64,000 bases of DNA. Source: Vicugna vicugna. Its lineage: Eukaryota. The first letter of the stretch is position 1. Every line of letters starts with the position of its first letter. Shown here piece after piece: positions 10,950-23,189 of the stretch. Location: NCBI GenBank assembly GCA_013265495.1, contig MU058290.1, forward strand, positions 62,001 to 126,000, read 5' to 3'. The notes under the pieces were generated by a model. That model ran no database searches, had not been told where the DNA came from, and worked only from the letters and a program-made list of their open reading frames with translations. A program made the position numbers and the translations under genes.

Positions 10950-12970
10950 CTTTTTCTTTCATCAGTTTTCTTGTGATATTTTTATCTGAATTTGGTGTGA
11001 GAATAGCACTGGCCTCAAACAAAGAGTTTGGAAGTGTTCCCTCCTCTATTTTCTGGAAGAGTTTGAGAAGGGTTGGTGTTAATTTTTTTTTTTTAATGTT
11101 TGGTGGAAGTTTCTTTAAATGTTTAGTGAAGCCATCTGATTCTGGAATTTTCTTTGACAGGTTTTTGATTACTGATTTCATCTCTTTACTCGCTATAGAT
11201 CTGTTCATATTTTTGATTTTCTTGAGAAAGTTTTGAATCAGTTTTGATAGTTTGTGTGTTTCTAAAAGTTTGTCCATTTAAAGCCATCTGATCCTGGAAT
11301 TTTCTTTGACAGGTTTTTGATTACTGATTTCATCTCTTTACTCGCTATAGATCTGTTCATATTTTTGATTTTCTTGAGAAAGTTTTGAATCAGTTTTGAT
11401 AGTTTGTGTGTTTCTAAAAGTTTGTCCATTTCATCTAGGTTATCTAATTTGTTGGCATACAATTGTTCATAGTATTCTCTTATAATCCTTTTTACTTCTG
11501 TAAGGATGGTAGTAACATCTCCACTTTAATTCCTGATTTTGTAAATTTGAGTTTTCTTTCTTTTTTTCTTCATCAGTCAAGCTAAAGATTTGTCAGTTTT
11601 ATTCATCTTTTCAAAAACTGAATTTTGTTTTTTTGATTCTATTTTTTGTTCTCATTTTTATAATCTCCACTCTAGTCCTTATTATTTCTTTCCATCTGCT
11701 TGCTTTGTGTTTAGTTTGTTCTTTTTCCTTAAAACTTTTCTTCTTGAACTTTTTTCTTCAAACTTAAGATTGAAGATTAGGCTACTGACTTGACATCTTT
11801 TTAAATACATGCAACTATAGCTCTAAATTTCTTTCTGAACATTGCTTTTGTTGTATTCCATAAGTTTTGGTATGTTGTGACTTTGTTTTCATTCATCTTT
11901 AAGTATTTTCTAATTTCTCTTGTGATAGCTAATTTGATACATTGGTTGCTTAAGACTGTATGGTTTAATTTCCACCGATTTGTGAATTTTCCATATTTCC
12001 TTCTGTTCCTGATTTGTAGTTTCATTCCACGGTGATTAGAAAAGACACTTCATAATTTCAATACTTTAATTTTATTGTGATTAGTTTGGTGGTGTAATGC
12101 CTGTTTTGGAGTCTGATCCATGTGTACTTGTGAGGAATGTGTATTCTGTTGTTGGGTGCAATGTTCTACATATATCTGTTAGGTCCAGCTAGATTACACA
12201 GTTGAAGTCTTCTATTTCTTTGTTTATCTTTTATCTAGTTGTTTTAGAGGGGAGTGGAGTATTGAAGACCAAATATTATTGTAGGACTGTCTAAATAGTT
12301 TTTCCTTAAAAAATTAGTTGTTTGTTTTCTTATTAAGAAGTTTTAAGAACTTTTCTCTTTTTTTGTAGAAAACAACTGGAAATTTATGGTAATGTGCTGT
12401 TATCTTTCCTGGGGTTAGTGTCTGAGAAATACCCCTTGAAAACTTCCCATCTCCTGATCAGTGGGGTCAGCAACCCTCAGGGGCTGAACTCGTGGTGGGT
12501 ACCAGAGGAGACTCTTAACAGAGTCTACATACCAGCACTTTATTAGATATGTGATTTTAATATAGTTTTCCCAGCCCATGGCTTGTTTATGTACTGTCTT
12601 ATCATTATTTTTTTGAGAACCAAAACTTATAATTTTAATGAAGTTCAATTTATCCATTTGTCTTTTATGGACTGTGCTTTTGGTTTAGTTTCTAAGGAAT
12701 CTGCCTAAATCCTGGTCACAGAGATTGTATCTTATTTTGTACTTTTAGAAGTCTTAAAACTTGTAGTTTTACATTTAAGTCTATTATCCACTTTCATTTA
12801 ATTTTAACATATGGTCTAAGGTGTAAAGTCCATTTTATCATATGAATAGCCAAGTGTTCCTGCAATATTTGTTGAAAAGACTATACTTTTTCCACAGAAT
12901 TTTCTTTTCCCCTTATTAGAATCAAATGGCCATCAATATACAGATCTGTTTCTGCATCCTCTATTCTGTT
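10950..12970 (-). mobile_element. Degraded L1 ORF2 fragments, antisense
   Basis: Minus-strand ORFs MYANKLDNLDEMDKLLETHKLSKL, LTPTLLKLFQKIEEGTLPNSLFEAS and WKLNHTVLSNQ...TTYQNLWNTTKAMFR are hallmark L1 ORF2 segments. Confidence 0.93.
11129..11431. repeat. Near-perfect tandem duplication of 151 bp inside the L1
   Basis: 11129-11279 and 11281-11431 both start AAGCCATCTGAT and end TTTGTCCATTT; I see one mismatch (GATTCTGG vs GATCCTGG) and one spacer A. Confidence 0.95.
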
Positions 12971-15262
12971 TCACAGATATTTGTCTACCTTTCTGTCACT
13001 TAAACTTTTCTCTCATATATTTTGTCTCTTAGATCTATGTTCTAGAAGACTGTCTTCAGCCAAATTGCTCCTATAATTGGTGTATGTATACAGCATGTTA
13101 ACTTTGATAATATCATTATTAATTTAAAAATCTTTCGTTAGAATTTTTATGACCTTAATATTTAAGTTACATTATGAATACAAACTTGAAATTTTAAATG
13201 TTGTTTCTATTCTTTTGAGTACTGTAAGGTCACTTGTCCTATTTCAGCCTCCTTTTTCACACTGCGGTTATACTCAATGCCAAGTGACATATGGGTATGA
13301 ATTAACATATATGAATTAAGGACTATGGAATAAATTTCTCGTGTTTATATTTTAGATTTCCATTGTATTTCTCTGTTCTTTTTAATTTAATTCTATTTGC
13401 TACTTTTTTTCTCCTGGAAGTTCCTTTTATATAAAATTTGTTAATGATATTGTCTTGTTTTCCTATATTGTTATGTACTTACCCTTTTAAAAAATGAAAA
13501 GGGAAGAAAAGAAGGAAGAGAAAAAGAATCTTTATTTTATTTTAAGAAATTTGTCATAATGAAAAATTCTGTACTCTATATTATTTTAATCCAAAATCCC
13601 CGGTCTGAACTGTGATTCTGTCTGTATACATGCGTTTCTATACTGCCTCCACTTCTTTTGGACCAGAAAGGAGATTGTTGCTGAAAGGTTGGAATTCTTC
13701 TTGGAGTTGATAGTTCATTATAGTTTTAGGTTTCCTGGCTCTGAGTAGCCCACATGGTATTTGACATTCCCCAGTGGTTGGTTGGTTAATTTTGTGAAAA
13801 TTGAGTTGCCATCTTTAGGGAAATATTTCTGACATTCATTAATTTTTAACTGCAGAGATCTTACATTTCCAAAAACTTTGAGTTTTCTTCAGGTAGATAC
13901 CTGGTTGTCACTACATATTTCTGAGGCTTTTTCATTATGAAAAATTTCAAATATACTAAAAATAGACAGAATAGTATAATGAAAGTGTCACCAACTCATA
14001 GTTTCATGAATTACCGATTCATGACCAAGCTAATTTTATCTGCATCCCCACTCACTTTATTTTGAAGAAAATCCCAGATATCGTATCATTTTGCTATGAC
14101 TTATTTTTACTTACAAAGTGATAATTAAATTTTTCATAAAATTTCTACCACAATAGTTTTTATTGGCGAACAAAACTGAAGTCAAAGTGATACCAAATGA
14201 TGATTAAAATAGAAGTATAATTCAAGAATGTTGCCATCTAATCATTCAACAGATTTGTCAAGGTAGTGAGTGGTCTCATTAGCTGAGATATTTCCCTTCT
14301 GTTCTCTGTGCAATGACAGGGAAAACTTTCCAGGATATCTTAAAAGGAAGAAATAAGGTGCAGTACAGCATAAGAAAATCACAGGTAAATGAGCATTTCG
14401 ACATCTGCTTACATACACAAAAAACAACACTGAAAGGATGTACAGTGAAATAATGAAAATTATTAATTAGGGAAGGAATATGGGGTGGATGGGGAGGGGC
14501 AGGGCTAGGACTTTTTAAATATATACATTGTTATATTTTTATATTTGAGTTATGTGGGTATGTTTTATATTTTTTAAAATAAAATCTTTTTTCTAAAATG
14601 CTCTATTTCATGCAAAAACTAGGATATTCCTATGATCAAGTCAGTTTAAAAGTATTGTAAGATAAATGCCAAAACCAGTGTCAATTGGACAAATAGCTAT
14701 GTAATTTTTAAAAATTCCCTGACTTTGGTCTCTTTTCTTTCTGCTGTAGCCTTAAGCCTCATAGTTCAGTTAAATTTTGAAAGCATGTATGGGTTCAGTG
14801 TGCTTTACTAGCTCTCAGACTTCATGGGTCTCTCTTACTTAGACCTCATCTTCCTGCAGCTCAGCGAACGAAAGCCTCAGATCCTAGTTGTAGTTTTGTT
14901 CAGTCAGCCCAGTCAGTTCTACTCATGTTTGCTCCTGCTCTTCCCTCGCAGTCTAAAGTGATGACACTTCTCCTGCCTCATTCATGCTTCCAGTTAGGTA
15001 TTTTCTTTCCTCTAAAAAGGAATGTGTCCAGAAGAATGGGATTCAGCCAAAATGAGCCTCAGGGGGACCTCTGTACAATTGACCCTCCATATCCTTGGGT
15101 TCCGCATCCAGGGATTCAACCAACCATGAATTAAAAATAATCGGGAAAAAATATTCCAGGAAGTTTCAGAAAGCAAAATTTGAACTTGCTGCAACAGCAA
15201 CCATTTACATTGCATTTACATTGTGTTAGATATTGTAAGTAATCTAGAGATGATTTAAAGGA

Positions 15263-15638
15263 CCGTTGACCCTTGAACAACACGGGTTTGAACTGCATGG
15301 GTCAGCTCATGCTGGATTTTTTCAATAAATATAGTACCTGTATTTTCATTTTACATATCTTTAAATTTATTAGGTGTGGGGAAAAGTTTGTGTTCTCTTA
15401 GAGATCACAATATGTAGAATCAAAATGAATCAAAAGATTGAGTCCTGATTCTAACCAAACTGTTTTACCTTCTAACGAAACTGTTTTATCCTCCTCCCTT
15501 CAGTGAGTCAATTATCATTTCTTTTGTTTTTGAGGCAGAAGTTTTCAACTGCTTTGGGTTGGTGCCCCTAAACTCCCCCTCCTACCCCCCACCCCACCCC
15601 CTCCTGCCCCCACCACCTCATGATTCAAATGTCAGCTG
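15263..15638. mobile_element. Tigger2a-like MITE inserted in the MER2
   Basis: Begins CCGTTGACCCTTGAACAACACGGGTTTGAACTGC and ends TTCAAATGTCAGCTG followed by TA; MER2 sequence resumes on both sides. Confidence 0.75.
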
Positions 15639-15704
15639 TATATGGGAGCTGTGTGTAAGTTATATTCAAATATTACAACATTCAGGAAAGGGGAGGAGTC
15701 GGGC

Positions 15705-15795
15705 ATGGGGACATAGCTCAGGGGTCGAGGGTGTGCTTAGCATGCTGGAGGTCCTAGGTTCAATAGGTAGTACCTCTGTTAAAAAAAATAAAGTG
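15705..15795 (+). mobile_element. tRNA-derived SINE (camelid Vic-1-like), diverged
   Basis: ATAGCTCAGGGGTCGAG...GCTTAGCATGC...GAGGTCCTAGGTTCAAT...AGTACCTC plus A tail; same body as the other four copies. Confidence 0.8.
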
Positions 15796-18700
15796 AATAC
15801 TTGGAATATTTGGGGTGTTCCTTTAAAAAAATCAAGCACTGTACCATTCTATACAAGGGACTCGAACATCCACAGATTTTGTATCCCTGGGAGTCTTGGA
15901 ACTAGTCCACCACTGATTCCAAGGGACAACTGTATTCTTCCTCTCAGCTCAGACTTAACTGGTGTTCATCTCACAAGACCAGCTACTACTCAAGTATGGA
16001 GTTCAGGGCAGTGTAGTTCACATCTCATTTATTGAGCACCTAATGTGTGCCAGGCACTATACTTGGTGTTTGATATTATATCGAAATATAATTCCTGCTT
16101 TAGAAGTTCAGAGTTTAGCATGAGACACAGATGAGAAAGCAGAGTTCCAATTAAGTATTGAGACTGAGGGCAGCAGAAACTTCCACGGTTCAGGCTGGAG
16201 AGTGAGTGGGGGATGGGGTCTAGAGGAACGGGTAGGGAGAACTGGTGTGTGCCAGAGTAAACTGAGTCTTGGAACACGAACAGGAGTTGGTCAGGTCATT
16301 ACTTAGGGGCATAAAGTGGACACAAATAGAAAAATGTGAACAATGATCCACAATTCTAAATAGAGTTTGAGTATGTGGTACCTCATATGCTATCACTCAA
16401 AGATAATGTCCAAGGCTGAGAGAAGCAGTAGAAGCTACAGATGACTCAGGGAATCCTTCCCGATCTTATCCCACCCTTGGGGCTACTAACACTTCTCAAC
16501 CCAGGAGCCAGGGGAGGGATTCCCAGCAACAGTTTAAGTCTTCAGGGAGAAGACACAATGTCCTTGTTACTTGGGATATAAACATTTCCCCTGAGTGCCA
16601 TGCAGAAGAAAGGTGGATCACGGCTAGTGCCTTCCAGAGCTGATCGAACACCATGCTTTCTCTCATTCCCACTAATTTGCCCGAGGACTTTTGCAGCTGC
16701 CTGCTTGGGGTGGGTGACAGGTGAAGACAGAAGCATTCCCACTCATCCCTTGTTGAATAAAGAGTCAGCCTCCTTTTCAGATTTATCAGGCATGGAGTCT
16801 GGGAAATTTCTGTTGAATTGCAAATCTCCCTTGGGTCTTTGAAGAATTATTTTCTCTCTGTCTTATGGTTTTATCTCCTCACCATTTGGGTCTCTTTTCT
16901 CCAGCAGGCACTGCTGCTAGCTGGGCTCCTAATGTCTGGTTCGGTAAATCCTCATTTGGGGACATTTCTATTGGAAACCAAAGTTGTATGAAGGATCCTA
17001 CTCATTAATAGAAGGATTGGTTAGAAACCAATGACTTCTTCAGCCTACTCCTTCCCTGCACTCACACCAGTGCCAGAAGCCAGGAAGGAGGAGGAGGTCT
17101 AAGACAGGAAAGCTGATAGTTTGTGCATAATACTCACTAGCGAGAAAGCGAAGACCTGGCTTTAAATGGAAGCTCTTTCAACCATTAGAGACAAAAAGGA
17201 ACTATAGGTAAGTGCATCAAGCCTTCTCATAGATAGAAGAATGGTTTAACCCCTTTATACTCACCCTTGCCTTCCAGCCTCATGTTATTCTTTTAGTGAC
17301 ATATCTTGGAGCATAGTGAGATCATTATACTTTGCTTGAAGTGTGTCTGTTTTAGCTTAAAGCAGTGATCAGATTGCAGAAGAAACTCTGCAGGGAGGGG
17401 AGGGTGGGTCCTGATGGCTGACCTGTCCGTGGCCACAAGAAGGGGCAATGTGATGCAGCCTCCTTAGGATCAGAAAGCCCCTTTGTTTACAAGGCAGAAG
17501 AACAGCTTCTGAAGAATTATACCCGGGAGGAAAGCACAAGAGAAGAAGCAGGTTACCTGCTTGCTGCCTGTTCTCCCAAGTGCTTTGCCCATCCTCAGAA
17601 CTCCAAGGGTGCCAGGCTATTGTCAGCCTCACAGTACAAGGCATGGGAAGGTCTCCAGGATGGAGTAGGACGTTTCAGTCATAAACAGGGAAAGAGAATT
17701 CTTTCAGGGTGGTCCCCACCCTCATCGAGACATCAAGGACATTCAGGTGTCGGTGCGAAGAATTTTTTCTATATTTTGGCTTGGCACTCATCTTCTTCTC
17801 ACTTAGGTATAGTTAGGTTCAGTTCAACGCAGTTACTTCCAGAGAGGAACAGAGAGCCAGAAAGAGTCCTCTTTGAGGTGACCAGTCCTATCTCATTCCA
17901 CTCTGCCCCTTATTTTCTGTGTTACAGCCCAACTGTACTATGTTTACATGTTGCTCTTTTCCATTAAAACCCCTCTTTTCTCTCCTATCAAATCCATATT
18001 TATTTTTAAGTATTTTTAGGCATCACCTTCCTCCAGAATACTTCCTGTAGCTCTAAGTCTCAGTTTGGTCCCTTTCTACGTGCCCAGTTAGTACGCTATG
18101 CTTACCTGTGACATTCCACCTGTGACATGTCAACTTCTGTCATTCTCGTTAGGCAGTGAGCTAATGAGGGTAGTGACTGTCTCCTTTATATATGAATTAC
18201 CAAATATATACCTGATACATAATCAACACAAAGCAAATTACAAATGGTTTTACTGGCAATAAGGCAATTTCTGTAGAAGCTGGAGGGAGACGAGGCTCAG
18301 AATGGAATTCCTAGGGAGAAAGACTACAGAATTGATTTACCCTAAACAAAAGGTACAGAAGTTTTCCTACTTAGGTGGGATCCAAAGATGAGAAATTGTA
18401 AGTGAAGAGTCTAAGCTTTGCCAGGAACGAAGACTGCTATGTGTGCTAGAGAACAGAAGAGAATCAAGGATTTAAGATCATTTCTCATGCTTTGCATGGT
18501 TAAAGGGGATCAGTTTTCTCCTAATAACTGAGGCTTTTTTAAAAAAATCAAAGTTTCAGAACATCATTCATTTGGTTCTTATAACTGGTGATAGTCTTCT
18601 GAATTGGAATGAGTTGAATCAAATCGTAAGGACTTCATTTCTGATTTCATTAGTGAGAACCAGGAATTCATAATTCTGTCTCTGGCAAGTTGTCTAATAG

Positions 18701-19230
18701 AGCCCAAGTTTGTGGAAAAGCCTTGGCTTGGTATCATGGACTGAAAATGCTTGGGAAATTCATTTAATGTTCCCTAGAATATTCAGCTTGAAGTTGACAC
18801 TAAATAAATAGATGCGGATAACTGACTGAATCAGTATGGTTTACCCTTATTTTTCCTTTTAAATATGGCATAACTTGCTTTAGAAGGTAAGTCCTTTGCG
18901 ACAAGCTGAGTTCAGTTAGACCCTTAGGTTTCAGAGGAAATTCTCCATGAAAATGGCAATTTCATATAGTAGAAACAGCTCATTCTACAGCTGGGCAGAT
19001 GAAGAACAAGCAAAGCTGCATTAACTGTTAGTCTTCCAAGCGAAGTGGTGAGCCAAACTGAGAGTTTACTGCCCTTACAGTCTCTACCATGTCACTTGTC
19101 AGCTAAGTGCTGGAAAGTCTTTGGACTATTACTTCATTTGCTCCTTACAGCATTTTACAGTTGAGGAGCACAGAGAGGTTAAGTAACTTTTCCAAGGCTA
19201 CTCCGCTAGTAAGTGTAGATGCTAGGCAGT

Positions 19231-19906
19231 AGGGGTGGGAGGAGGGTATAACTCAGTGGTAGAGTGCATACCTAGTATGCAGAAGGTCCTGGACTCAATC
19301 CCCAGCTCCTTCATTAAAAATAAATAAATGTCCACCAACAGATGCCTGGATAAAGAAGTTGTGGTATATGTGTACAATGGAATACTACTCATCTATTAAA
19401 AAGAATAAAGTAATGCCATTTGCAGCAACATGGATGGACCTGGAGATTGTTATTCTAAGAGAAGTAAACCAGAAAGAGAAAGAAAAATACCACATGGTAG
19501 CACTTATATGTGGAATCTGAAAAAAAAAAAAAAGACGAACGAACTTATTTACAAAGCAGAAACAGACGCACAGATATAAAAAACAAATTTATGGTTACCA
19601 GTGGGGAAAGGGGGTGGAGAGGGCTAAATTGGGAATTAGGGATTTGCAGACGCTAACTACTATACATAAAATATATAAACAAGTTTCTACTGTGTAGCAC
19701 AGGGAACTATATTCAGTATCTTGTAGTAACCTCTAATGAAAAAGAATGTGAAAAGGAATATGTGTATGTATGTGGGTGACTGAAACATTATGCTGTACCC
19801 CAGAAATTGACACACTGTGAACTGACTGTATTTTAATAATAAATAGATAAATAAAACCTAATCCCCACTCACTGCCAAAAAACAAACAAATAAACAAACA
19901 AACAAA
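19231..19906 (+). mobile_element. tRNA-derived SINE (Vic-1-like) interrupted by an L1 3' end, itself inserted in a MIR
   Basis: Head GGAGGGTATAACTCAGTGGTAGAGTGCATACCTAGTATGC...; SINE tail AAACCTAAT resumes near 19854; TSD GCTA(G/A)GCAGT at 19221-19230 and 19907-19916; MIR-like flanks. Confidence 0.85.
19326..19845 (+). mobile_element. 5'-truncated L1 3' end (artiodactyl-type 3' UTR)
   Basis: AAATGTCCACCAACAGATG...ATGCCATTTGCAGCAACATGGATGGACCTGGAG...AGCACAGGGAACTATATTCAGTATCTTGTAGTAACC. Confidence 0.9.
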
Positions 19907-20302
19907 GCTAAGCAGTCTGACTCAAGCTCTGATCATGGCTGAATGGGAACCACATTCTTCACAAAATCATTTTCCTGGTATTTTTGTCCAACTCAGCTGC
20001 CCAGTGATATTTTATTATAATAATGAGATATCACTATTTAGGATCTGAGAATAGTAGATGAGAAGATGGTGACTCCTGGCATTTTCACAACTAAGTTTTA
20101 GCTACCTTTTATAGAAAATCTTCTCCAACTCTTAAAGTCAGTTAGATGAGGACCTCAGGTCCTTCAGATCTTAACAGGATGTGTGACTCGAGAAAGTGGG
20201 GATGTGTGTGCCATGTCGTGACAGAAGAAGTTTCAGGATTGTCTGGAGGAGACCTGTCCTCACCAGGACCATGTCCATCTTGTTGCCCAGGTGGGGGAGA
20301 TC

Positions 20303-21304
20303 ATGGCTTCTGGTGGGAACCAGAGCAGCAGTGTGACAGAGTTCATCCTGGCGGGTTTCCCGAATTTCAATAGCACAAAAGCAGAACTGTTTTCCGTCCT
20401 CTTTCTCGTCTATCTGCTGACTCTAACAGGCAATGTGTTGATTGTCGGGGTGGTAGGAGCTGATTCTCGCCTGCAGACTCCCATGTACTTCTTTCTGAGT
20501 AACCTGTCCTGCCTGGAGATCCTGCTCACTTCCGTCATCATTCCCAAGATGCTGAGCAATTTCCTCTCGAGGCAACACACCATTTCCTTTGCTGCATGCA
20601 TCACCCAATTCTATCTCTACTTCTTTCTTGGGGCCTCTGAGTTCCTGCTGTTGGCCGCCATGTCTGTGGATCGCTACCTGGCCATCTGTCACCCACTGCA
20701 CTACCCCTTGCTCATGAATGGTGCTGTGTGTTTTCGGGTGGCCTTGGCCTGCTGGATGGGGGGGCTCCTCCCTGTGCTTGGCCCCACAGTGGCTGTGGCC
20801 TTGCTTCCTTTTTGTGAACAGGATGCTGTGGTGCAGCACTTCTTCTGCGACAGTGGCCCACTGCTCCGCCTGGCGTGTACCAGCACCAAGAAGCTGGAGG
20901 AAACTGACTTTGTCCTGGCTTCTCTCGTCATCATATCTTCGCTGACGATTACTGCCGTGTCCTACGGCCACATAGTCCTGGCTGTCCTGCGCATCCCCTC
21001 TGCTTCAGGCCGCCAGAAAGCGTTCTCTACTTGTACCTCCCACGCAATGGTGGTGACCCTCTTCTATGGAAGTGCCATTTTTCTCTATGTGCGGCCATCA
21101 CAGAGCGGCTCTGTGGATACTAACTGGGCAGTGACGCTGGTGACAACATTTGTAACACCACTACTGAACCCATTCATCTATGCCTTACGCAATGAGCGAG
21201 TCAAGGGAGCTTTGAGGGACATGTTTAGGAAAGTGGCAGCAGGCTTTGCGGGGGATTTTTTACTTGCTAAGAGTTTCCGTAAGAAAACAGTGAGACGAAA
21301 GTGA
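20303..21304 (+). CDS. OR6S1: Olfactory receptor 6S1 orthologue, 333 aa, intact
   Basis: First ATG at 20303 (the ORF track starts at an upstream GTG); OR motifs LQTPMYFFL, MSVDRYLAICHPLHY, HFFCD, KAFSTCTSH, PLLNPFIYALRN; N-terminal NQS sequon; CCCAG acceptor ending at 20290; protein closely resembles human OR6S1 as recalled, and synteny fits. Confidence 0.93.
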   Translation: MASGGNQSSSVTEFILAGFPNFNSTKAELFSVLFLVYLLTLTGNVLIVGVVGADSRLQTPMYFFLSNLSCLEILLTSVIIPKMLSNFLSRQHTISFAACITQFYLYFFLGASEFLLLAAMSVDRYLAICHPLHYPLLMNGAVCFRVALACWMGGLLPVLGPTVAVALLPFCEQDAVVQHFFCDSGPLLRLACTSTKKLEETDFVLASLVIISSLTITAVSYGHIVLAVLRIPSASGRQKAFSTCTSHAMVVTLFYGSAIFLYVRPSQSGSVDTNWAVTLVTTFVTPLLNPFIYALRNERVKGALRDMFRKVAAGFAGDFLLAKSFRKKTVRRK

Positions 21305-23189
21305 AGGGATGTCGTCACTTAAGGGATGTCTTACGTTTAAGTCTTCTCCATTGCCGTTCTCATTTCTATCATCACCTTGGACATCACTAAATGACTGAAT
21401 CCTGGAACCACTAGAGAACTCCAAAGTCATCAAGTCTGTCCTTCTCTTCCAGGCAAAATTCCTTGATTCTATCTCAGATATAAATCCATATTATTATTGA
21501 TATCTCATAATCAATGTTATCATTACATCATAAGACCCTCTGACCTGTGGGATCTTAACCTAAGGGTCCATGGTCACCAGAGAGTCTAAGGATAAGCTTC
21601 AGAAAAAGGCCAAGCCTCATTATTATGTAAATGTATGTGTTCGAGCCTGTATGTGCTTGTCTGGGAAGAGGACATACAGCTTTAATTCAATTCCTGAAAA
21701 GATCCATGTGTGATTGTCACCAAAAGTTATAAACTGATTAAAATTCTCATTAGCATCTTCAAATTGTTTATGAAAATCAAAAACTTTAAAAAGAATTTCC
21801 TTATAATTATAAAAATAAATTCAAAACAAATAGATTCACTGGATATTTTTGCATACTTCTTTTTTAAAGTTGCATTTATTGTCAGGTGGAAAAGAGGTAA
21901 AGAAAACTTAGTAAGGGATTTATTCACTTCTCTATGTCAATTTCAGGTGCCTTTGGAAAAGCAGATCAAAAATGAATTTCATGAATAATAGCATTTACCG
22001 TGGTTTTCTATTTGCACTTTATTACAAAGGTGAATTAAAGACGTCTCTACTCACTTTGTAACTGGATTGTGTTTCCTTCACTTGTCCATCTTTTTTACAT
22101 TTTTATATCTGTTGTTTTTGGTCATTTTTTGTTTTTAGTAAAATTGGGGTTGGAATAAGGACCTTAGTATCAAAAAAATTTAAATGCCACTCTTGTACCT
22201 ACCAAGAACCAGACTTTGTGTTACATTTTATCTACCTCATTAGATATTTGAAAGGGAATGGGGATTTCTATCTGTAGTGCCCTTGGAATCTTGGACCAAT
22301 ATTCATTAATTTATTTATTTATTCATTCATTCAACAAAGATCTGTTAAACATCTTTGTTGGAAACTGTATAATAATAAGCTAAGGCGAATAAGAAGTGGA
22401 TCCTAACCTCAAGTAGCTTTGATTTAAGAGGGAGGACTGAGAGACAAATGATAATGCAAAGGAATGGGGATGATAAGGAGGTTTACAAAGCAACATTGGT
22501 AGTCACATGAAAACTGAGGTACTCTTTCCAGTATTTTCTTGTTAGAGAAGTTTACAGAGGCTATCATTTATTAATTCCATCTTGGAAATGTAGAGACAAT
22601 GTTTAAAAGAAAACAATATCAAAGTATGGACACCATATCAACCTCAAAATAGTGTTGCAAAATTAGGAAACTGAGCATCAGCATGCAAGGAGATGACCAT
22701 AAAGCTTCAGTGGCCACTGAAAATAGTGATGCTTTTATCTGGTTCTACTAGTCAGACACACACACACTAAATGTTTTTATGCTGAAAGATTTCTGAATGA
22801 AAACCAAAGGAATGGAAAGAATGATCAGTGATCATTTATCAGAGGGGAAAATAATTCTTCTGGAGTGATCTAGAAGTGTTATCCAGAAAGCAGATGAAGT
22901 ATTGCCTTAAAAACTACCTAATTTCATGGAGCATAAAAACCTGAGGCCAATTTCCCAAACATTGGTCAAAGAGAAGAAATCATATTAAGAGTTTATGGAA
23001 TTTCTGGGAGGAATTACCTCCAAATTTTGGCAATAAAACATGTTAAACCATCTTTTTTTAAAATTGTTTTATGTGGGAAATTACTTTGGACTCAATTTAA
23101 TTGAGTAAAACTTTATTGAAAACCACATTCTGGGAACTAACTTAGAACGAAGAGATACAAATACATGATCCCTGCCGTCAAGGAAATCA

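Larger units (their letters stand above)
15076..15932. mobile_element. MER2/MER2B-like Tc-Mar Tigger MITE hosting nested insertions
   Basis: TA-flanked TIRs CAATTGACCCTCCATATCC (15076) and CCAAGGGACAACTG (15932); internal GGATTCAACCAAC and TAATCTAGAGATGATTTAAAG match MER2 as recalled. Confidence 0.8.

Noticed and set aside
20423..20971. 182-aa ORF antisense to OR6S1
   Set aside because: Shadow ORF of the receptor coding sequence with no independent support.
22332..22360. 10-bp-arm inverted repeat CAACAAAGAT...ATCTTTGTTG
   Set aside because: Lies in the tail of an L2-like relic and is too short for a pre-miRNA; probably a local template-switch event.
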